Positions 54,265 through 64,000 of a DNA stretch of 64,000 bases are shown one piece after another. The position numbers were made by a program, and so were the translations under genes. The notes beneath the pieces were generated by a model. That model saw only the letters and a list, made by a program, of their open reading frames with translations, was not told where the DNA came from and searched no databases. Position 1 is the first letter of the stretch; each line of letters opens with the position of its first letter. Origin of the DNA: Lytechinus pictus (taxonomy: Eukaryota); assembly GCF_037042905.1 (NCBI RefSeq), contig NC_087252.1, positions 9,922,001 to 9,986,000 on the forward strand, read 5' to 3'.

Positions 54265-56995
54265 TATTGCATTGACGCCATCAATGGCGACAATACGCTG
54301 TTGTTGTTCCGTATTCCTATTCCACAATCTTCTTCTTCTTTGCATTGACGCCATCAACGGCGACAATGCATTGTTGTTGTTGTTCCGTATTCCTATTCTG
54401 CAATCTTCTTCTTCGTCTTCCGCCAAAAACCCCATTCACTTAACACATAGAGTTTGTTAACTCTACCCAGGCCACCTTCCTCATCCAAATTCATCCAAAT
54501 TTGGCAGGCATAGTCCCCAGCACCCCTTGTTGTGCACCTTTTATTTCATTTTCCAAAATCACTTATGCATGACCGTGCAGGCGCCATTTTGTCAATTTCA
54601 AGTCCATTTGCATACTATTCTTTATTCTTTCATATCTCCGTTGTCCAGCATGCTACAGACTTCTAACAAATTGCTATAGATAGTCAAAGAGCTGCTCCAT
54701 CATCTGCGACGCATAACCTGACCTTCAAAATGCTATCTTCATGCCCCAAATTCAAATCCGAAATAGCCTTCCTTCAAAAACTTCATATTATTGAAATGTA
54801 AATTCACAAAATCGTAAGATGGCCATAACTTTTTTGTTTTTATTCATTTTGAGCTCATATCTCGAGGAATTGATTACGGTACCATATCATACACGCTAAT
54901 TCAGTTTTCACGCTTCACTGACCTTCTGTTTTTTTTATGTTAAAAAAAACGCTTACCTCTGAATGTTCCTCATTGCGTCATGCATGGCTAAACCCGTACC
55001 TTTTTTTTTAATTTAGGGTCTTCAAGATATGCCCTTTTCATGCCATTAGAAAAATATATACCTTACTACTGACGAAATATCTGAAAAATGCACCCGAAAA
55101 TCAGCAAAATATGCAAAAATGCACTATAATGCCAGCACAACTTCAACTTGCTGTTATTTCCTTATTATTAAAGCTTATTCTTTCTAACTTGGCAGATATG
55201 AGTATTGATATATACTTCGACCGTTCGCCAACCTTTTGTAACAGAAACTGACAAAGAGCTGACGTCAGCTTAAAATTATTATGCAAAACTTTCATTTTTT
55301 TTTAATGTCTTTTTTATATGGCATTTACTTCCGGTCTATTGCTTGCGCACAAATAAAAGTGGTATTAATGTCACCAATCTGAACACTACTCACAAAGCAC
55401 ACATTATCAACAACAGAATTGTACACATCAATGTCTATGGCATCAGTTTCAGGCAAAAACGAACTTAACGTATGAGCAGCCATATGGTCTAAAATGGACG
55501 AAATCTATTATTCCTCCCCTGCCTCCGTTCCTCATCCAAATTCATTCCGATTTGGTAGACATGTTGTCCATGATGCATTATTGTGTACCTTATATTTCAT
55601 TTTTTTAAATCATTCATGCGACTTCTAACAAATTGCATTAGATTGTGTAAAAGTTGCATTTTCATATAAACTACGACTTACCCTTCAAAATGCCGTCTTC
55701 TTGTCTTAAATTCAAATCCAAGATAGTCTACGTTCAAAATGTTCATATTTATTGAAATGCAAATTTAATTTAGGAAAATCATAAAATGGCCATAACTTCC
55801 TTGTTTTTATTCATTTCCGTCTCATAATTTCATGGTTTACTAATGGTATCACCCTTCACAATTCAACAATTTTTTACGCATCGGTGACTGTTGAATTTAC
55901 AAAAAGCACCCTCTATTGCAAACTCAACAAATAGTAAAATGACAATACCTTTGTTGTTATCATTCATTTCGGTCTCTTATTTTCAGGGCTGGCTTATGAT
56001 ATCATCCTTCATAATCCATATTCTTTTTACGCATCAGTGATTATTACATTTAGAAATAGCGCCCTCTACTGCAAACTAAAGAAATGTTAAAATGGCCATA
56101 AGTTCCTTGTTTTCATTTATTTCGGTCTCATATTTTCAAGATATGCTTATTGTATCATTCAACATATTCGATATGTTTTGTACGCATCAGTGACCATTAC
56201 CTTTAAGGAATAGCGCCCTCTATTGAAAAATCGAAAATAGTAAAATGGCCATAACTTTCTTGTTTTCAATCATTTCGGTCTGACATTTTCAGGGCATGGT
56301 AATGGTAAGATGTTTCTAATTGATTAGTTTTTTACGCATCAGTGACCATTACTTTTAGAAATAGCGCCCTCTATTGAAAATTTAAAAAATGTAAAATTGC
56401 CATAACTTCCTCGTTTTCATCTATTTTGACTCATATTTTCAATGGTTGCTTATGGTAATATCTTTCAAAATTCACTGGTTTATTACGCATCAGTGACCAT
56501 TACCTTTACAAATAGCGCCCTCTATTGAAAAGTCGAAAATAGTAAAATGGCCATAACTTCCTTATTTTCATTCATTTTGGTCTGACATTTTCAGAGTTTT
56601 GTAATGGTACCATGTTCACTAATTAATTTGTTTTCTACGCATCAGTGACCATTATTTAAATAAATAGCGCCCTCTATTGAAAAGTGCAAAATAGTAAAAT
56701 GGCCGTAATTTCCTTGTTTTCATTCATTTTGGTTTAATATTTTCAGGGTTTGCTAATGGTAACATCCTTCATAATTCCCTGGTTTGTTACGCATCAGTGA
56801 CCATTATCCCTAGAAATAGCGCCCTCTATTGAAAAGTCAAAAATAGTAAAGTGGCCATAACTTCTTTGTTTTCAATCATTTTGGTCTCATATTTTCAGGG
56901 TTTGCCTTAAGTATCGTCCATCATATTTTGAATAGTTTAAGGCATCAGTGATCGTTACCTTAATAAATAGCGCCCTCTAAGATTTAGAAAATGTA
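54265..56995 (+). mobile_element. Helentron-associated (HINE/DINE/pearl-like) non-autonomous element with internal tandem repeats, cut off by the LINE
   Basis: 5' hairpin GCATTGACGCC...GGCGACAATGC followed by TTG/TTC microsatellites (duplicated with a 73-bp period), a diverged ~1050-bp internal duplication, then ~152-bp tandem repeats. Confidence 0.55.
55783..56995. repeat. ~152-bp tandem repeat, about 8 diverged copies
   Basis: AAAATGGCCATAACTTCC...TACGCATCAGTGACCATTA...TAGCGCCCTCTA recurs every 151-154 bp. Confidence 0.93.
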
Positions 56996-57437
56996 TATCA
57001 TCTTTGAAGATCAAGAGCTCACGCCAAAGCTGAGCGGACGTATTTGACAGGAGCTCTGCAGCAGTGTTGTTTTTACATAGACGTTTAGGCGGGAAATTCA
57101 AGTCGGCTACACCCTGCTCCTCACCGGCATATGTGCCGCTTCCTAGCCACCTCCATTCCATCGGCCCGCTCTCCCTTTACCGTGGAATGGCATTGATTTC
57201 TGACTGATCTCCAGTTTTAGTAGATCGAGGATTGAACAGCCCAGTTGCCGTAGTGAGCGGAGTTGGAGGCTTGGGTTACCATCATAGTCGTTCCCATGGT
57301 GATATGCACTCATTTTCATTCATATACTCACATTATTAACACTACGTTAACGGGTAAGAGACTAATTTAAATTTATCAATAGGCCTTCAGATTATTATGT
57401 TCTTGTAAAATAAGTAATTATTGCAAATACCTATTCG

Positions 57438-58719
57438 ATGTCCTCGGGCGAAGAGGATTATTTAGCAGCAGCGAGTAATAGATTTAGGCAAGCGCCAGAT
57501 GAATTAGTGGTATCTTCCGATGATCACACTGTCCATGATGAGGACAGTTATGATGAATCGAATTGTTCTTGGAAAACGGCGATCAATAGAAATTCTATCC
57601 GATCGGCTAAGAAGAGGGCAAGGGTTAGGAGCAATAGCGATAGTACTCTAAATACGAAGAACAGTAAAATGCCTAAATTCTCTACTCCCACGCATTCAAG
57701 CAGGAGGGTAGTCATTGTTGGCCTTGAAAATAAGAATATTTGCAGAGCAAACCCAGTACAGGTGTTCAAAGAAATTCATAATCTCCGAGGCAATCTGAAT
57801 GGGAAAGAGAAAGTAAAAAATATGATGATTTTGAAATGTGAGAATGACATACAAGTCATGAAATTGTTGGAACTAACCAAGCTTGCTGGTATAGACTTTA
57901 AAGCAACGCGTTATGAAGATAATAATGATTTCACAACGAAAGGTGTTATTCATAGAATAGATACACCTTCAAAGGCAAGAATAAACCCGAGACAGTAAAC
58001 TTTCTGTATGAGCTTAAACGTGTGGACAACCTTAGTCCACCGGTGCCAAGGTGTCACAAATTTCAACTTTTTGGGCACATGAAGGAAAATTGCAAGGGTA
58101 AACTGCGCTGTGTGAGATGTGGAGGGGAACATGATTTTGAAGAGTGCACACAAAAGGAAAATCGAAAATGCTTTAGATGTGAAGATAAACACTCGGCTGC
58201 GTATCAAGGTTGCAAAATTCACATAGAGGCAAAACAAATACAAAAAGTTAAATTGAAGGAAAATATAACATACGCACAAGCGACTAGGGTGTATCGCACT
58301 CAAAAAAATGAAACAGTGGAAGAGGTAAGTAAGACCATTAGTACTAGCGACACTAAAAAAAACGCTCAAAGGAAACTAAAGAATGTTGGTCCCATTTCAA
58401 ATTCAATGACATCTGACCACGAATCAATCCAATAATCAAAGATTCCGCGCCCAATCCGAGTACAAGGGAACAATGAAGGAAGGTGGGAAAGAGATAAGGA
58501 GTCAAGGCAAGGAAATGATTGGAATAACACAAATAAAGATACTGTCAACACATTAATGAGTGTATTACCCCTTGATTTCCTTATGTTTATTCTATTCGTG
58601 ATACGTAAGTTACCACAGTCTGAAAACGATGATCAGTTTTTGGAATCTGTTGTACATGCTAGTCATAATTTCTTAAAGACAGACATAACCATGGAAATGG
58701 TCAAGTGCCACCTTAAATA
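57438..58719 (+). pseudogene. LINE ORF1 (gag-like nucleic-acid-binding protein), disrupted
   Basis: RCHKFQLFGHMKENC / CVRCGGEHDFEEC / CFRCEDKHSAAYQGC knuckles, split across frames. Confidence 0.85.
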
Positions 58720-59656
58720 AAACAGTCTGTCTCTGATCTAGTAATAGTCCAGTGGAATGCTCAAGGTATGATTTCGCATGGGTCGGACTTTCTAACTTCT
58801 GTTTTTGATAATAATTTATTGGGTTCCAACCCAAACATTATTTGTATTAAGGAAACATGGTTTAATGATTTTAATGTGTCGTTCATTCCTAATTAATTTT
58901 TTGTTTGTAGAAACAGACAGGATGGTAGGAGAGGTGGTCTGGCTATGCATTTTAAAAAGGACATCGCTTTCCAGGTTATGAAAGTTCAAGAGATTGAACT
59001 AGAAGAATTAAACTTCATGATTAGAAATGGGCCAGGGAAGCTTATTATTTTAGGTGACTTTAACAGCCACAATCGTCTATGGGGGAGCAGCAAGCTTGAT
59101 TCGAACGGAAGAACTGTTGAATCTTTCATGGAGGTTAATGATCTAGCATTACTCAATGACGGATCACCAACAAGACTAGACCCGCACTTTGGTTCTTATT
59201 CCATGTTGGATTTATCTATAGTCTCCAAGGAACTAGCTTGTAGTATGGAGTGGCAAGCATTGACCAATAACTTTGGCAGCGACCACAATGCAATCGTGAT
59301 GAAATTAATACAGACAAATAACGCAATATTAAAGAAAACGCAGATATAGGTTGTAGATGGAGTTTTAGAAACGAAAACTGGGAAGAGTATAGAAAAGCAA
59401 TTAAAAATGAATTACTTAATCTAAATTACAAGAGACATTACTCGGCATGTAATTTGGGTATTCAAGGACGATATGATAGATAGTTAAGGTAATCTTGAAT
59501 GCTTCGAATAGGTGTATTCGTCGAGTGCGAATAGGAGGAGAAAACAGAGGTAAAATAACTCCCTGGTGGAACGAAGCATGTCAAAAAGCGGTGGCGGAGA
59601 GAAATCATATTAAAAACAGATTACGAAGATATTATGATGTAAATGATGTTTAACTA

Positions 59657-61018
59657 CAGTGCGTATAAAAAAAGGGACAGATTTTAAAAGTCTATAATTT
59701 TTTTGTTTCAAATAATGATGTCTATATTTTGGTGTTAATAGATGGTCCAAAGTCTTATCTTTGAAATGCAATTAAAAAAAATAAATTTTATTCATGCTTG
59801 AGCGAACACAGGCCGTTTTTGTTGGGGGTTCAAAAAGAGGCTTGCGCCACAATTTCAGAATATGTGTAATACAATGATCAGACTTCTTGCTAATCAGGAG
59901 ACTTCCTCTTGACCTTTTCATTATCTGTGCCACAATTTTCGAATTATGCTGTCAAATTTCATTTACAAAGTTATTTATTTAATTGAATTATTTTTTTTTT
60001 CATTTAAACTTCTCTTACCTTTTAATTTTCCTTCATAAGTAACTGAGAAAAGAAGATTTTTTTGGTCAACCCAAGCAAGAAGATTTGAATTATTAAATGG
60101 GAAAACTTGTGATTATTCAAATGGTTTTATTATGTGAAACAAATTATGTTATGTACCTTTAAAATACATGAATCTATTTTTCAAGGGGTCATTAATTCCT
60201 TGACCAAGTTTAATCGCTTGACAGGAAACTCAGGAAGGGATTCATGTCTTTCAATGACAATGGTGTATTGAGTCAATTTTGAAGGAGCTAGATATGGCAG
60301 ATCGGGTAAAATGTATTAAAAAGTTGTGAGCGAGCGAAGTGAGCACGCAAATATTCCCACTTTTTTTATTACAATATAAAATTTTGTGATAGATTTTGAC
60401 ATAATATTCAGAAAATAATATCATATTTTACTTTCTATCTTTCCTTTTATGTCCTGTCCACTTTTTTTTTCTTGGTCATGATTTTTTTAATTGAGGGGGG
60501 GGGGGGAACCCAAGCGCCCGCCCATCTGTGTGGCTTTATTCAAAAGGCACCATAACCTTTGTAGCACATAATGAAATGATTTGAATAAAAAATCCATGCT
60601 CTCCCATAATTCGGTTGAAAAAAAATTATTTTAGCTTGAAGAAGGAATATTCAAAGCTAACAGAGAGCATATTAAAAAGAAACAACAGAATAATTCAAGC
60701 AAATAAATAAATCTGAAATGAATTTTGACCGCATGATTTGAAAATCATGGCAAAGATAATGAAAAGGTTAAGAGGAAGTCTGCTAATTAGCAAGAAGTCC
60801 GATCATCATATTTCTCATATTCTGCAATTCTGGCGCAAGCCTCTTTTTGAACCCCCAACAACCGTGTTCGCTCAAGCATGAACGAAAATAATTTTTTTGA
60901 TAGCATTTGAAAGACAAGACCTTAGAGCACCTATTAACAATAAAATATAGACATCATAATTTAAAACTAAAATTTTATAGACTTTTCAAATCTGTCCCGT
61001 TTTTTTTTATACGCACTG
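59657..61018. mobile_element. Tc1/mariner-type non-autonomous element with ~300-bp TIRs, inserted in LINE ORF2
   Basis: TA|CAGTGCGTATAAAAAAAGGGACAGATTT...AAATCTGTCCCGTTTTTTTTTATACGCACTG|TA. Inverted similarity extends to ~59965 and ~60716. Confidence 0.9.
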
Positions 61019-62611
61019 TATACTTGAAAAAGAAAGCATTTGCTCAGAAGGTGCAACGGCGAGCACGATATGACTATTGGTCTAAATACTGCGGTAAAAT
61101 GAAAAGATTTACAGATATCGGAAAAGTATGGAAACAAGTAAAATGAATGAGAGATAGCGTAATGAACACTCATATTTTCCACAATTTAATCGTTGACGGC
61201 AATATCGTTAGTGAATCTAAAGATAAGGCTAATGCGGTTGCCCGTTTTTTTTTTCAAGTCTATTGACAGATCTTTTTATAATAATGATGGTGAAAATGAA
61301 AATAATTAATGGAAAGAAATGTCGAATGATGACTGCATTAATGACGAATCTAACATGAACGAAATGAAGAGTGTTTTCCAAGATTTGAAAAACTCAGCGC
61401 CAGGTAAGGATGATATTCATGCGATTATGTTAAAAAACTTACCCCAAATAGCGCTTGATGTCACACAGATCTGTACAACTACATATGGAAAACTTCACAT
61501 TTCCCTTATCAGTGGTATGAAGTTGTTTAAATACCTATTTTGAAACCTGGAAAGGATCATAGTTTAGTGTCGTCCTATAGACTTATTTCTTTATTATCAA
61601 CCCTGTTTAAAGTCATGGAGAAAATGATTAAAAACCGTCTGAATCGGTTTTTAGATAATAAGAAAACGTTTAACTAACTTCAATCAGGATTCCGCAAATA
61701 TCGTAGTGTCAAAGATCATTTAGTCAGGCTTGAAACAGATGTTCATTTAGCATTGAAGGAGAACAAATATACCGTGGCAGTTTTTCTTGACCTGGAAAAG
61801 GCGTTTGATTCGTTATGGAAAGGAGGTTTCTTGAAAAAATGCCAATGTTAGATATTAGTGGAAAATTATTTTTCTTTATTAGAGCTTTCTTGAGAAATAG
61901 ATATTGTAACGTGAAAGTTAACAATAGTATGTCAGAAAAGTATGTATTAGAGCACGGAATCCCGCAAGGTAGCTCATTAAGTCCTGTCACTTTTACAATG
62001 ATGTTAAATGACTTAAAGATTAAAGAAAGTGAAGTAAAACTATCATGTTATGCAGATGATATCGCGATTTGGTTTACTAGCTCAAACTTAGATCTGGTTC
62101 GCCAAAAGCTGCAAGAAGCCCTCCATGAAATTGAAATCTGGTGCTGGAGATGAACATTTTATATTTCTCACACAAAGTCTGTAGTTTTAGTTTTTACCAA
62201 TAAACAAAAGAAAGATATTACTTTGAAAATAAATGGGCATGTTTTGCCTCATTGTGAGCAGTTTACATTTCTTGGTATGTGGTAAGACTCGAAACTAACT
62301 TGGTCTAGCCACATTAATGCGATTATTGATAAATGTGAGAAAATATTAAATTTATTACGTTGCGTTTCGGGTACATCCTGGGGGAATAGGTATGAAATTT
62401 TGATGATGATATACAAAGGTCTTATTTGATCTGTTTTAGACTATGGAAGTTAAATGTATGATTCTGCCTGTACATCTCTTAAGAAAAAGCTTGACTCTAT
62501 ACAATATAGAGCTATGAAAATCATTACAGGAACGATATACAATGTATCATTAGAGTCTCTACAAGTTTTGACCGGTGAATTACAGTTTTATCTTCGGAGA
62601 AAACTGTTTAA

Positions 62612-63013
62612 AGAGAAATGTCAGTATAGTTGCAGTAAACACTGATTTCATGAGAAAGTCTGTAAAACCAGGCTTAATTGTCAGTATATCATCGAGGATG
62701 TAGATCTGGTACAGTCACATAATCTGAACTTTGTGAAATCTTGAAATCTACGCTGAAAAATATTCACACTAAAGATCACCAACACAGATGAGCGCACGTG
62801 GGACAGTGTATAATTATTGCTTTGAATGTCGTGCCCGATGCTTGACCCGAATCCTGTGCTTATTTGCTATAAATTTCTCAGCAATTACACAATTTCTTCC
62901 AGAATCCTTTGGCACATATTCTTTATTTTAATACAAACAGACACTTTGGTTGTCATTTCAATGGATTCTGTACGAACTAATTTTGATATCGTTACCAAAA
63001 CTGGCATTTACCT
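62612..63013. mobile_element. Kolobok-like non-autonomous DNA transposon, copy 2, inserted in LINE ORF2
   Basis: TTAA|AGAGAAATGTCAGT...ACTGGCATTTACCT|TTAA; homologous to 48700-49093. Confidence 0.82.
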
Positions 63014-64000
63014 TTAATGATACATTTAGATATTAATTGTTGTTTAGCACTTCATGCCATCCAAGTAGAGAAATTTTCATTGAACATACGAACAGACACG
63101 AATGGAAGGAAGGGGAAAGACCTTTCAAACTTCGAGCCTGTAGTGATGAGGTACTTGTAGAGAAGCAAGACAACTTATTAACAAAAATCCCGGAATGGCG
63201 TTTGTCCCGCCCTCCTGTGTCGTTTTATGCTCATCGTATAATTAGAAAAAAGGATATGCTAACGGCCGAGATGAAATATATCGTTCTAGAAAGAATTGGA
63301 ATTGGAATGGTTATTTACATATATATACTGATGGATCCAAACAGGAAAATTTTAGAACGGGGGCAGCATTTTATGTTCCTCAATATAAAATGAAAAAAGT
63401 ATTTCAGGTTATCCAATGTAAGTATCATGAGAGCGGAACTCATGGCCATTTTAATGGCATTTGTCGATGGTTAGACTCCTTTGATAAACCATGTTCAGTT
63501 GTAATTTTTTGCGACTCTTTGTCAGCACTGAATATGACTGATTCATGTTTCATAAAATGCATTATTATTAATGATATTTTATTTAAAACTCATAAACTCA
63601 GTTTGAAAGATATTTGTATTAATGTTGAATGGATTCCCTCACATTGTGATGTTAACAGCAATGAGATCGTCCAAAAAAGCTGCCAAGAAAGGAGCCGCAA
63701 AATTTGTTATAGACATCGTTTTACCAAACACTATAAATGAACTTACATGCTCACGCATGACATTTTATAAAGGTATCTGGCAAGCTGATTGGAATTCGTC
63801 TAGAAATGGTATATTTTTATATGCTATTCATGATAAAGTTTTTAAACAGGCATATAGAAAAGGTTTTTCTCGGAAAGGGGAATGCCTCCTTCATCAAATC
63901 ACAGTAGGTAAGTGCAAATTAAACTATTATTTTTTTTCAAATTAAACATCACTCTTAAGGCCTCTGTGAGGTGTGCAATGTATTTGAGACTATTGAACAT

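Larger units (their letters stand above)
57000..64000 (+). mobile_element. Decayed non-LTR retrotransposon (LINE) of the I group (I/Nimb/Ingi-like) with RNase H; runs off the window end
   Basis: ORF1 has three zinc knuckles. ORF2 has APE (WNAQG, GDFNSH, SDH), RT (APGKDDI, GIPQGSSLSP, YADD) and RNase H (YTDGS, FCDSLSAL, WIPSH..NE) motifs. Many stops and frameshifts. The 5' boundary is approximate. Confidence 0.93.
58720..64000 (+). pseudogene. LINE ORF2 (endonuclease, reverse transcriptase, RNase H), disrupted and interrupted by two MITEs
   Basis: Motifs occur in the expected order in ORF fragments starting 58945, 61319, 61815, 62454, 63037, 63390 and 63622. Confidence 0.9.

Noticed and set aside
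57438..64000. Reverse transcriptase as a functional partner diversifying or amplifying the EGF array
   Set aside because: It is an ordinary, heavily decayed LINE with stops, frameshifts and MITE insertions. The array retains its introns, which argues for DNA-level duplication.

Overview
AT-rich eukaryotic genomic DNA. The repeat content suggests a marine invertebrate, most plausibly a sea urchin or other echinoderm (inference only). Positions 1 to ~42,510 are part of a giant minus-strand gene built from tandemly duplicated exon+intron modules. By my count there are 81 intact 114-bp phase-1/phase-1 exons, each encoding one 38-aa calcium-binding-type EGF domain (fibropellin/Notch-like), plus 25 copies of a 108-bp dead EGF exon. 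The array is organised like satellite DNA: a 1577/1578-bp monomer (exons A, psi-B, C, D) from 1 to ~21.7 kb, a 3693-bp higher-order repeat (1578+2115 bp, with an extra exon E) from ~21.7 to ~41.7 kb, and diverged edge exons at 42.0-42.5 kb. A divergent upstream EGF exon lies at 53,480-53,605. Neither the start nor the end of the gene is in the window. The rest is intronic and transposon-rich: microsatellites, a tRNA-derived Deu/Nin-domain-like SINE, an inverted pair of tRNA-Arg-like elements, a 6.6-kb TA-flanked TIR element, Kolobok-like and Tc1/mariner-like MITEs, a Helentron-like element with a ~152-bp tandem array, and a decayed RNase-H-bearing I-group LINE (~57-64 kb). Most ORFs in the supplied track are exon-plus-intron read-through, not real proteins.
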